From assembly GCA_903864515.1 (NCBI GenBank), contig CAIPFZ010000027.1:1-44644 (forward strand): DNA of 44,644 bases, in the 5' to 3' direction. This document shows, one piece after another, positions 8,987 to 17,480 of the stretch. Each line of letters begins with the position of its first letter. The first letter of the stretch is position 1. The stretch is from an uncultured bacterium. Lineage in GTDB: Bacteria; Patescibacteriota; Minisyncoccia; Phycocordibacterales; CAIZLB01. Under the pieces are notes generated by a model. It did not search any database, was not told the origin of the DNA, and saw nothing but the letters and a program-made list of their open reading frames with translations. Made by a program: the position numbers and the translations under genes.

Positions 8987-10144
8987 TTATTTTGCTTCCA
9001 CAAACTCTCCACCCCTAACCCCCTTCAAAACAAACGCATCATCCTTGGTGATCACAAAACCCATCTTATCAAAGACAATCTCCGGCATTGAAGATCCTTT
9101 GGTAAATTTTATTTTTGTAATCTCATTCATTATTCCTTCCCTACTCAATTCCCTACCACTAACCACCGTCTTCCTCATCGCCTCAACTGTAACAAGCATT
9201 GCATCGTATGATGTGACGGCACTTGGCGAAAGTGGTTTGGAGCCAAATCGTGCTATATAAGCTTTTTCAAATTCTGCATATTTAGAATCTTGTCCTGGTG
9301 TACTGTAATATAGTGAACCTTCAAGAGTTCCTGTACAATTTGCCAATGCTTTAGGTGTTCCAGCAGATTCTGTTGAAAGAAGTGGAACGTTTAATCCCTG
9401 ATTCTTTGCTTGTTGAATGAGCAAGCATTCTAAATCTGCATAAGATCCAAAGACAGCATCTGGTTTTGTCTGCTTTGCTTTTGCAATCAAAGTCTTGTAA
9501 TCAGTATTTGCTAAATCATTTCCATACTCCTCACTAACAATTTCAACACCATAATCTTTTGCATGATTCTTCATCAGGTCCGATGTATATTTCCAAAATC
9601 CAAATCCAGCAGGTTGCACAATCGCAACCCTTTTATACCCCTTCTTTTTTGCAAATTTGAGTATAGTTTTGATTCCAACTTCATCAGAGTAAAATGTTCC
9701 AAAGAAATATGGAGAAGAAACTTTTTCTTCAACTTGAGGAGATGAGTTGGGACTGATTATTGGAATTTTTAAGTCCAATGATAACGGAACCGCAATTGAT
9801 GCAGAGTCATCCCATTGTGGACCAACTATTGCTAAGACCTTATCAACATTCACAAGTTTTTGTATTGCTGATGAAGTGACCTTCAATTTATCAATTGATA
9901 CATCTTCACTTATCATCTCAATTTTTCTCCCCTCTACCCCACCATTTTTATTGATATATTCAACTGCAAGCAAGGCTCCATTTCGCTCTTCTTGGCCGAC
10001 GTCTGATCCAAAGCCACTTAAAGCCGATATTTGCCCCACCTTGATGACCTTACCCTCCATTTCACCTTTATTACCAGAGAGGTACAAATACCCTCCCAAA
10101 ACCCCTATTAATACAATTGCGGCTATAATATTTATTTTTTTCAT
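8987..10144 (-). CDS. LivJ/LivK-like substrate-binding protein (SBP4)
   Basis: KVGQISALSG, INKNGGVEGRKIE, DYKTLIAK..KPD, SYDA. Confidence 0.9.
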   Translation of the reverse strand: MKKINIIAAIVLIGVLGGYLYLSGNKGEMEGKVIKVGQISALSGFGSDVGQEERNGALLAVEYINKNGGVEGRKIEMISEDVSIDKLKVTSSAIQKLVNVDKVLAIVGPQWDDSASIAVPLSLDLKIPIISPNSSPQVEEKVSSPYFFGTFYSDEVGIKTILKFAKKKGYKRVAIVQPAGFGFWKYTSDLMKNHAKDYGVEIVSEEYGNDLANTDYKTLIAKAKQTKPDAVFGSYADLECLLIQQAKNQGLNVPLLSTESAGTPKALANCTGTLEGSLYYSTPGQDSKYAEFEKAYIARFGSKPLSPSAVTSYDAMLVTVEAMRKTVVSGRELSREGIMNEITKIKFTKGSSMPEIVFDKMGFVITKDDAFVLKGVRGGEFVEAK

Positions 10145-10188
10145 GAATACTATTGTTTAATTATTAATGTTGTTGTATTATATTGGGT

Positions 10189-10962
10189 ATGGAAAATAAA
10201 ACAAACTCTCCACTTCTGGAGAAGAACATAGGTACAATCTTAAAGAGACAAGGATTTACTAATAATGAAGTTTTGATTTATGAATATCTATTAAAGAACG
10301 GTCGATCAAAATCCGGACCAATTATTAAACATACAAAAGTAGCCAGCTCTGCATTTTATGAAGCGGTCTCTTCCCTAACAAACAAGGGGTTCATTTCTTA
10401 TGAGGTAATAAACAATATAAAATTCTATAATCCAGAAACACCCGAGAGACAAATCAATCAATTACAAAATGACATTGGAGATTTAAAAGCAATCTCTGAG
10501 ATGTTAGGAGAAATTACTTCTGCACAGCGCGATAGAAATATGATAAATGTCTATGAAGGTAATTACGGATTCAAAAGAGCGTTTGAAGAATTTACAAAGA
10601 AAGTTAATAATAAAGATCAAGTTAAAATAATTTCATATAATACAGAATATGAAAAACAATATGATTTCAGAAAGTTCTTCGTTAATCTTGATAAAGGCAT
10701 ACAAGAGCGAGGTGGTGTTGCAAAGGTGTTAATGCAAAAGGAACTTCAGGGGTTATTCAAGAAAGAAAGAGCTGGAATAAATATTTACGATATAAAAACC
10801 CTCCCCTCCAAATACTTTGGACCCTGGGCAATAGACACAACCCCGCATGAGGTTCTCATCTCCATCATTTCAGATAATCCAGTTGCAATTAGTATTAAGC
10901 ACCCAATCATTGTTGAGTCATTTAATAAGAACTTTGACTATTTGTGGGGTTCAGCGAAGTAG
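10189..10962 (+). CDS. TrmB-family regulator (pair 4)
   Basis: GFTNNEVLIYEYLL...SAFYEAVSSLTNKGFI; VYEGNYGFK; FDYLW terminus. Confidence 0.85.
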   Translation: MENKTNSPLLEKNIGTILKRQGFTNNEVLIYEYLLKNGRSKSGPIIKHTKVASSAFYEAVSSLTNKGFISYEVINNIKFYNPETPERQINQLQNDIGDLKAISEMLGEITSAQRDRNMINVYEGNYGFKRAFEEFTKKVNNKDQVKIISYNTEYEKQYDFRKFFVNLDKGIQERGGVAKVLMQKELQGLFKKERAGINIYDIKTLPSKYFGPWAIDTTPHEVLISIISDNPVAISIKHPIIVESFNKNFDYLWGSAK

Positions 10963-10976
10963 CAAAAGAGGCAACA

Positions 10977-11014
10977 TAAAATACCCAACATTTTGTATGA
11001 TGTTGGGTATTTTA
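10977..11014. terminator. bidirectional intrinsic terminator
   Basis: taaaatacccaacat...atgttgggtatttta inverted repeat. Confidence 0.8.
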
Positions 11015-11031
11015 ATTTACTGAACAGCTAA

Positions 11032-11823
11032 TTAAACCTTCACCGCACTCACTGTAATCACTAGATCATATCTCTTTCCCCATTCAACATCTGTAAAACC
11101 AAGTTTTTCAAACATTTCTATTTGCTCATTAACTGTTATCTTAACCTTTTCATCTTCCCACATGTGATTTATCCACTCTTCTCTTACCTGTCTAAAGTGA
11201 TCCGCTCTAACCAAACCCTCTGTCTTTGAAACTTCATCAGCAACGTCATCAAATTTATCATAGCTTTTTAATTCCCCATCTAAATCTTTCTTATGTGCTT
11301 CCTCATCATCTTCAGCATATTTGTCGCCGTTAATAAACACACCACCCTTTTTTAATTTTTTGGAAATAAGTTCAATAACTTTATTTCTGAAATCTGGAGT
11401 GAAGTTATGTAATGTATATACAGATGCAAATACGTCAAAACTCTCGTCTAGGCATGATTCAAGAAAGGCTAAGATATCGGCCATAACAAATTCAACCCTA
11501 CTTTTTAATTCTTCTATTGTTGCAAATCTTCCTTTAACAACATCAAGCATTTTAGGTTCATTATCAACAGCAACAACCTTGACTCTAGGATCTGCTTTAA
11601 TTAATTCAAGAGTTGTTATTCCAGTTCCAGGGCCAGCCTCTAATACTTTAATCTCTGTTGCATCAATACAATGATTTTGAAGATATTTTTTTAAAGCCAA
11701 ACCGGTTTGTGATTCAAATTCATTATACCAATCTAGTGCAAGTAATAATTCATCGTATTCTGCCCCTCCTAGAATACTTGAAAATCTGGCGTCGTAGGAG
11801 CTTATGTTTTGTTGTGTTGTCAT
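11032..11823 (-). CDS. class I SAM-dependent methyltransferase
   Basis: motif I VLEAGPGTG, VAVDNEPKML, YTLHNF, LKKGGVFINGD. Confidence 0.88.
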   Translation of the reverse strand: MTTQQNISSYDARFSSILGGAEYDELLLALDWYNEFESQTGLALKKYLQNHCIDATEIKVLEAGPGTGITTLELIKADPRVKVVAVDNEPKMLDVVKGRFATIEELKSRVEFVMADILAFLESCLDESFDVFASVYTLHNFTPDFRNKVIELISKKLKKGGVFINGDKYAEDDEEAHKKDLDGELKSYDKFDDVADEVSKTEGLVRADHFRQVREEWINHMWEDEKVKITVNEQIEMFEKLGFTDVEWGKRYDLVITVSAVKV

Positions 11824-11889
11824 AATATAATTGTATCATACAATAAAAATCATCCGGAATGAATGATTTTTATTTATTTTTACTTATTT

Positions 11890-12999
11890 TTATTTAAGTT
11901 CTACAGGTATTCCAGACTTAATGATCATTGTCTTAAAATCTTTTGTGAAAGCCCCCTTTCCATCGGAATTCAAAATACCAGATTGTCCGTCATATGTCTT
12001 AATGTTATTAAGATATTTTTGCACAACGTTTGTGTCCAGAGACTTTGTTTCCTTTATACCTTTAGCAATCAACATAACAGCATCGTAAGCTGAATCAGAT
12101 CCAATTTCCACTTCTCTATTGTAAATACTTTTATATTTTGCTGAGAAATCTGCTTTAGGAGTAAGGGCGGTTAAAAACTCCCAACCGTTACATGTTCCCT
12201 CACAATTCTTTATAACTGTATTATCTAGTGTTATGGAATATGTTGGCATCTTAATCCCCAAATCTCTCATTTGTTTTCCATATACAGAGGTTAATCCGTA
12301 ACCATCTGAAGTAACAACAATTGCTTGCAGATCTTTTATTTGCTTAAGTTTCAATAAATCTGTTCTTACGTCTCTCTGATCTGTTGTTGGTTCGTAAACA
12401 AAACTCACAACACCACCCAATTTTTCAAATCTTTCCTTGAAAGCCATAGTCTGCGCCTTACACCAAACTTCATTAGCTCCAAGTATCGCTACGTTTTTAA
12501 CACCTTTAGCAAGCACGTAATCAGCAAGCTTTGCAGAAAGAATGTAATCATGAGGCCATGTGTTGAATATGAATTTACTTGTTTCGTTAAAGTTAGCATT
12601 TCCAAGACTTGGAGAAATGACGATTTCATTAGTAATTAAATCCTTTATAGGATCGCCGTTCTTTGACCAAGATGGACCAACGATAAATTTAACACCATCT
12701 GTTTGAGTTAGCTTTCTAAACGCACCAACTGTTTTAGCTGGGTCTCCTGCATCATCTTCATGTATGGCAACAACCTTCTTACCAAGTATTCCACCTTGAT
12801 CGTTTATTTCTTTGATTGCCAAATCCATTCCATTTCTAGCAGCTTCTCCCCATGAAGCACCGTCCCCTGATTCAATCAAGATGCTACCAATTTTTATTTC
12901 ATTAATTGCAGATAAATTGTTTTGATTCTTGTTACTGACCCAAACTCCCAAGACAATCAAAATGATTATCACTATTCCAATTATTATTTTTTTATTCAT
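11890..12999 (-). CDS. LivJ/LivK-like substrate-binding protein (SBP5)
   Basis: INDQGGILGKKV, SAYDAV, GQSG..DGKG; start moved to MNKKII because the longer ORF runs through ribozyme copy 1. Confidence 0.9.
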   Translation of the reverse strand: MNKKIIIGIVIIILIVLGVWVSNKNQNNLSAINEIKIGSILIESGDGASWGEAARNGMDLAIKEINDQGGILGKKVVAIHEDDAGDPAKTVGAFRKLTQTDGVKFIVGPSWSKNGDPIKDLITNEIVISPSLGNANFNETSKFIFNTWPHDYILSAKLADYVLAKGVKNVAILGANEVWCKAQTMAFKERFEKLGGVVSFVYEPTTDQRDVRTDLLKLKQIKDLQAIVVTSDGYGLTSVYGKQMRDLGIKMPTYSITLDNTVIKNCEGTCNGWEFLTALTPKADFSAKYKSIYNREVEIGSDSAYDAVMLIAKGIKETKSLDTNVVQKYLNNIKTYDGQSGILNSDGKGAFTKDFKTMIIKSGIPVELK

Positions 13000-13041
13000 A
13001 TTATTTATATATTTGTTTAATTTTACCCCTCGAAAATATGT

Positions 13042-13124
13042 CAATTTGTTTCGTCCTTTTAGACTCATCAGGCAAGATACACATCTTGCGACAGTGGAAG
13101 TTTTAGGAGAAACTTCCAAACCGA
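13042..13124 (-). ncRNA. type III hammerhead ribozyme, copy 1, with upstream hairpin
   Basis: minus strand: UGUC^GCAAGAU-GUGU-AUCUUGC-CUGAUGA-GUCU-AAAA-GGAC-GAAACA; predicted cleavage between 13090 and 13089. Confidence 0.88.
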
Positions 13125-13134
13125 TTTGAAAAAT

Positions 13135-13623
13135 CTAGTGCCAACAATACTTAGAAGATGAATATCCCCCGATTTCACCAAATACTTCACAAGGCTTGGA
13201 CTTCTTTCCAATCATCAAAGTAAGAATTATCGGATTTTCTTCACCTCCAGTAAAAACTTGTTTGAGAATACTTTTCCAGATAGCAACATCTTCCTTTGTG
13301 CCGTAAAAAATCTTACCGATATCTCCGACACTCACGCATTCCTTTCCATGGCCAAACCCTCCACTTACGATAATGGTTGGAACCATCCAGCTCCAACACA
13401 GGCAAGCTACCTTGAACCCAGAATGTTTTTCCTCCATATTCATGTCAGAAATGACAAAATCAAATTTTGGACAATCATTTCCGACCTCATTGAAGAAATC
13501 AGCTGCGGAATTAAAAGTTGATATGTTGGCGTTTGGTAGAAATTCATTAATAGCAATAACTGCTGCTTTGAGATTTTCTGGAGTATCATCAACTATCGCA
13601 ATATTTTTGATATTGTTTTTCAT
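13135..13623 (-). CDS. stand-alone response-regulator receiver (REC)-like protein
   Basis: IAIVDD, DFVISDMNME (phospho-Asp), PTIIVSG. Confidence 0.75.
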   Translation of the reverse strand: MKNNIKNIAIVDDTPENLKAAVIAINEFLPNANISTFNSAADFFNEVGNDCPKFDFVISDMNMEEKHSGFKVACLCWSWMVPTIIVSGGFGHGKECVSVGDIGKIFYGTKEDVAIWKSILKQVFTGGEENPIILTLMIGKKSKPCEVFGEIGGYSSSKYCWH

Positions 13624-13657
13624 TTTTCTATACTTTCTACTTTTGTTTTAAAGATCT

Positions 13658-13743
13658 GGTTTCTGTTTCGTCCTTTTGGACTCATCAGGCAAGATACATA
13701 TCTTGCGACAGTGGAAGTTTTAGGAGAAACTTCCAAACCGATT
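13658..13743 (-). ncRNA. type III hammerhead ribozyme, copy 2, with upstream hairpin
   Basis: CUGUC^GCAAGAU-AUGU-AUCUUGC-CUGAUGA-GUCC-AAAA-GGAC-GAAACAG; predicted cleavage between 13707 and 13706. Confidence 0.95.
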
Positions 13744-13761
13744 ACAGTAGATACCAGTTAA

Positions 13762-14217
13762 TCATTGAAGCCTGCGAATAAACGCAAACTCAATACCGCT
13801 ACCGTATGGGACATTCATTGCGTAATCGAAACCATGGAAATGGTGAACCGCAAGAAAGACGTTACTTACAGACCTTTCTTGTCCAGGCTGTTGTGCCCTT
13901 CTAGACTCAGATGCAAAGACAAAACATTCTTCATTTCCCAACCCCTCCTGAATGACGTAATGAAATGGCAAGTAAGATGGACAAAGATCAAAGCCATCAG
14001 CAAGCGCTAAGTCAAAGAACTCCTTGCAAGGCACTACACCGGTGAGTTTGTATTTACAGCACCTCAACCCAACAAGCTCAACGGTTTCAATCTGAGGAAC
14101 TTGTCCAGGTAAAAAATGTCTTGCAATGTTTGGATATTTATTAACAGCCTTTTCTTGAAGTTGACGTCCGCTAATTCCACCAATTTGAAGACGTGGAACA
14201 ATTATTCTTTGGCACAT
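13762..14217 (-). CDS. hypothetical protein (ribozyme-flanked cargo)
   Basis: 151-aa ORF filling the interval between ribozymes 3 and 2; shared leader motif. Confidence 0.7.
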   Translation of the reverse strand: MCQRIIVPRLQIGGISGRQLQEKAVNKYPNIARHFLPGQVPQIETVELVGLRCCKYKLTGVVPCKEFFDLALADGFDLCPSYLPFHYVIQEGLGNEECFVFASESRRAQQPGQERSVSNVFLAVHHFHGFDYAMNVPYGSGIEFAFIRRLQ

Positions 14218-14246
14218 AATTTTTCTCTACTTGTTTTAATGACCAT

Positions 14247-14329
14247 GTTTCTGTTTCGTCTTTTCAGACTCATCAGGCAAGATACACATCTTGCAACAGT
14301 GGAAGTTTTAGGAGAAACTTCCAAACCGA
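14247..14329 (-). ncRNA. type III hammerhead ribozyme, copy 3, with upstream hairpin
   Basis: CUGUU^GCAAGAU-GUGU-AUCUUGC-CUGAUGA-GUCU-GAAA-AGAC-GAAACAG; GUU triplet; predicted cleavage between 14295 and 14294. Confidence 0.9.
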
Positions 14330-14336
14330 GTGTCAA

Positions 14337-14549
14337 TCAATAATCATCATCATAGTTAGGCATACGTCCGCCATTGAACCTTACATCCCTAACAATTGAT
14401 TCCATACCAGGGCCAATCTTTTTTGCCTCTTCCATTGCCTGACAGTAAAGATCCCCTGCAAGCCGATGATCATCAATTCGGCGGTCTTCTTTGAGACATT
14501 GCTTCATCAAATCATCAATCTTCTTCAGTTTTTCTCTTATATTACTCAT
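14337..14549 (-). CDS. small helical hypothetical protein (first gene of ribozyme array)
   Basis: 70-aa ORF; AAGTAGAAAGGA upstream of ATG; stop codon 7 nt before repeat copy 3. Confidence 0.65.
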   Translation of the reverse strand: MSNIREKLKKIDDLMKQCLKEDRRIDDHRLAGDLYCQAMEEAKKIGPGMESIVRDVRFNGGRMPNYDDDY

Positions 14550-14673
14550 ATTTATTCCTTTCTACTTGGTGTGCTTTATCACCAGGTTCTGACATAAATA
14601 TATTCCTAAATTACATATTGTGTTGAGAAATAGAGCTTAAATGTAATAGAATACCCATATTTCCCAATATATA

Positions 14674-14701
14674 TTGACATTCAAGGATGTGCTGTTATAA
14701 T
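14674..14701 (+). promoter_or_regulatory. sigma70-type promoter of TrmB 5
   Basis: TTGACA-16 nt-TATAAT with TG extension. Confidence 0.7.
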
Positions 14702-14737
14702 TATAGTGTAATAAATAGTTACAATTTAAATAAATAT

Positions 14738-15457
14738 ATGAATTATCCAATATTAAAAAACCTTGGCTTAGACCAAAATGAAGAAAAGACTTATTTGTTT
14801 TTGCTAGAAAACGGAGCTTCCTCCCCTACTGACATTGAAAAGAAGATAGATATTCACAGACCAATAGTTTATAAATCACTTGAGTCCTTAAAGAATAAAA
14901 ATCTAGTAACTATTTCCCCTAAAGGAAAAAGAACTCTTTACATTGCTGAGTCACCAGAAAAGCTGGAATATATTTTTAGAGAATTAGAAAAAAACTTCTT
15001 TAATGATGTAGAAGATTTACATAACCTATATGAATTAGGACAAAAGAATAAACCAAAAATTACCTACAGTGAAGGAAAACAAGCTATTCAGGATTCATAT
15101 ATGGATATACCAAACACATTAGATAAAGATGCGGAGTATTATAGGTACATGTCTGTGCAAAATTCCAATCGTGAGAAGTTTCTTCCAAAAGGATACAGAG
15201 AATTACGAGACAAGAAGGGTCTTGAGAGTATGATTATCACAAACAAGTCTTCAAAGAAGGACAAGGTAAGGCTTGGTTCTAGAGTTAAGGTATTACCAGA
15301 TTCTTGTGGACTATTTGAATATAACATTGGGCAAGTGGTATATGGAGACAAGGTAGCGATAGTTGATTATGATTCTCAATCCGTAATCACAATCAATCAC
15401 CCTAAATTTGCAGAATTTCAAAAGAAGCTTTTTAAATTGTTATTTGAGAAGATCTAA
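14738..15457 (+). CDS. TrmB-family regulator (pair 5)
   Basis: LGLDQNEEKTYLFLLENG...IHRPIVYKSLESL; YIAESPEKL; VYGDKVAIV. Confidence 0.88.
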   Translation: MNYPILKNLGLDQNEEKTYLFLLENGASSPTDIEKKIDIHRPIVYKSLESLKNKNLVTISPKGKRTLYIAESPEKLEYIFRELEKNFFNDVEDLHNLYELGQKNKPKITYSEGKQAIQDSYMDIPNTLDKDAEYYRYMSVQNSNREKFLPKGYRELRDKKGLESMIITNKSSKKDKVRLGSRVKVLPDSCGLFEYNIGQVVYGDKVAIVDYDSQSVITINHPKFAEFQKKLFKLLFEKI

Positions 15458-15961
15458 TTACTTCAACACCAATGCAATAGAGGATGCTATAATCCCTAAA
15501 ACTAAAATATTTCTGGCTAATAAAAATAGTTTTCTCTTTGGAGTGTAATAAAATTTATATATCCCAAAAATATAACTAGCTACATTTTTTACCGTCTTAT
15601 CTCTATCCTTAAGAGTTTCCAACAGCTTATTTGCATACTCTTCTGAAGAATCAAAATTTACAATGTTACCGTTAGATATTAGGTTATGCTCTTTATTTTT
15701 ATTGTTTCTTGGTGGATATATAGAATAGATACTCACTATCGCAGAAAGACCAGCAAAAAAAGCCAGTATACCAAATACAGTATTATCGCCAGAACTTTTA
15801 ATTTGAGTTGCTGAAAATGCAAATATAGCCATGCTTATACCAATTAATATATTAGCCTGACTATCAAAATGCCTGACGGATTGAACACTTTTATTCATTA
15901 TAGCCGCAGTCATTCTAATAATTGAACTATTATCCATTTCATTTGAATTATTATTTTCCAT
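15458..15961 (-). CDS. Pycsar effector (PycTM/DUF5706)-like membrane protein
   Basis: FDSQANILIG (cf. ADxKAxxLL), two TMs ending IYPP, NLI..GNI...EEY, basic KRK then third TM. Confidence 0.65.
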   Translation of the reverse strand: MENNNSNEMDNSSIIRMTAAIMNKSVQSVRHFDSQANILIGISMAIFAFSATQIKSSGDNTVFGILAFFAGLSAIVSIYSIYPPRNNKNKEHNLISNGNIVNFDSSEEYANKLLETLKDRDKTVKNVASYIFGIYKFYYTPKRKLFLLARNILVLGIIASSIALVLK

Positions 15962-16040
15962 ATTCGTATATTTTACCACAAATCACAAGACAAAAGTACA
16001 CACCTCTTTAGAAAATATGTAATCCAAGAACACTTTATAC

Positions 16041-16074
16041 AAAAAAAGACCCGCCGCCCTGTGAAGGACGGCGG
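16041..16074 (-). terminator. intrinsic terminator
   Basis: CCGCCGUCCU-UCAC-AGGGCGGCGG then GUC and U7. Confidence 0.75.
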
Positions 16075-16147
16075 TAACATCTGATACCTAATATATTATT
16101 CCTTTTTTATTTTTTGTCAATCAAAAGATGTAGATAATTTACCAAAC

Positions 16148-16172
16148 AAAAAACGAGCACTTTCATGCCCGC
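16148..16172 (-). terminator. intrinsic terminator of SBP6
   Basis: GCGGGCAU-GAAA-GUGCUCGU followed by U-tract. Confidence 0.75.
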
Positions 16173-16198
16173 CTTTTATCTTTTAATACATGAATCTA

Positions 16199-17287
16199 TT
16201 ATTTCACAAACTCCGCTTGCTTATTCTTCATAACCTTAACAGATGCTTCTGTTATAAACAGACCATCCTTATCAATCTTAGTCTTTCCAAACAAAACAGA
16301 ATTGTATTCACCGTCTTTGTTTAGCATCTTAGCAAAATCCTCAGATGACAACTTATTTTTAGAATTCTCTTGAGACTTAATCATAAGAGTAACCAAGTCA
16401 TAAACATAAGCCGATCCAGGTTTTGGAGTATGACCATAAGTTTTTACAAACTTATCTGTAAACTCTTGAGGAACAACAGAGTCTCCAACAAACCACATCC
16501 CTTCATAAAGCTCAGGCTCGTTACTCCACTCAAATGACTCAGCAGATGTAATCTTAAACTTAGCACCTAAATCCTTCGCTTGTTTTGTAAACAACTCTAT
16601 TTCTGGTGAAAACAAAACTAGTGCAACTATTTCTGGATTTTCACCCTTAAGTTTTGTAATCAATGTTCTGAAATCTTTATCACCAACATTTGTTAAATTA
16701 TATGAAGTCAATTTAACATTAGAAGTTTCTAGTGCTTTTTTAATGCCACCAGAAACTGCCATTGTACCTGGATGATTTGCGTCTACGATAGCAACTGTTT
16801 TATGAGCTCTTTTATCTATTTCTTTAACTAACAAATCACCTTCTTTATACGCTGGAGTCCAGTGTATAAAGTTGTATTCCCCTATCGCAGAAGTTGGATC
16901 AGAAGCAAGACCAAATCTTGGTATTTTTGCATTCTCATTTACAGGGGCTGATGCGTTACTTGTACCAGATCCGAAAGTAATTATTGACCAAACCTTATCT
17001 ACATTAATAAACTTTGTAATAGCTGTTACAGTTTTTGTTGGATTGAAAGCATCATCTTCAAACACAAGACTGTAATTATATTTTGTATTTCCTGCGTCTT
17101 TCAAAGCTAGCTCAGCAGCTTGTTTTGCAGACTCACCTAGAAAAGCAGCTCCACCAGTTAACGGAAGAGACAGACCAATTTTAACAGGTTCATTTGTATC
17201 AGACTTTTTACTGAATACACCAGAAAGTGTGGACATCAACAGAATGGCTACTATAACGACAATTCCTATAATAATTTTCTTTTTCAT
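16199..17287 (-). CDS. LivJ/LivK-like substrate-binding protein (SBP6)
   Basis: KIGLSLPLTGGAAFLG, DFRTLITKLK..NPE, YVYD. Confidence 0.9.
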   Translation of the reverse strand: MKKKIIIGIVVIVAILLMSTLSGVFSKKSDTNEPVKIGLSLPLTGGAAFLGESAKQAAELALKDAGNTKYNYSLVFEDDAFNPTKTVTAITKFINVDKVWSIITFGSGTSNASAPVNENAKIPRFGLASDPTSAIGEYNFIHWTPAYKEGDLLVKEIDKRAHKTVAIVDANHPGTMAVSGGIKKALETSNVKLTSYNLTNVGDKDFRTLITKLKGENPEIVALVLFSPEIELFTKQAKDLGAKFKITSAESFEWSNEPELYEGMWFVGDSVVPQEFTDKFVKTYGHTPKPGSAYVYDLVTLMIKSQENSKNKLSSEDFAKMLNKDGEYNSVLFGKTKIDKDGLFITEASVKVMKNKQAEFVK

Positions 17288-17445
17288 ATTTTAAGTAAGT
17301 AATTTAATTTATAAATAACCCCCTTGAGTTATGTTAAGATTATGACACGTATATTAGTTTTGTGTAATCATGTTATCAACATGTATCATAAATATTCATA
17401 TTTTAGGCTATATTTTAGCCTTCCGCTGGCTTTTGTTCGTAAAAA

Positions 17446-17474
17446 TTGACAGAAATTAGGCCTCCTGCGATAAT
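17446..17474 (+). promoter_or_regulatory. sigma70-type promoter of TrmB 6 (leaderless)
   Basis: TTGACA-17 nt-GATAAT with TG extension, 6 nt before ATG. Confidence 0.65.
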
Positions 17475-17480
17475 ATAATC

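Noticed and set aside
9869-9875. Other CTGATGA words (also 9681, 11235, 38710) as extra hammerheads
   Set aside because: Inside coding regions, with no stem II-GAAA or stem I pairing
13000-13119. 40-aa N-terminal extension of SBP5
   Set aside because: Runs through the ribozyme from a TTG; all paralogs start at the MxKK + hydrophobic segment
13042-14329. Repeats as a CRISPR array
   Set aside because: Repeats are ~80 nt, intervals are ~500 nt and contain whole ORFs, and no cas genes are present
13042-14329. Repeats as integron attC sites
   Set aside because: No RYYYAAC...GTTRRRY end pairing and no integrase in the window; the hammerhead fold explains the conservation and covariation
12929-14343. 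Plus-strand ORFs 12929..13129 and 14116..14343 sharing RLIRQDTHLATVEVLGETSKP
   Set aside because: The shared peptide is just the translated antisense of the ribozyme repeat; both ORFs overlap real minus-strand genes
13037-14596. 7-bp inverted repeat TATGTCA/TGACATA flanking the ribozyme array as transposon ends
   Set aside because: Too short, and TGACA words are common here as -35 elements
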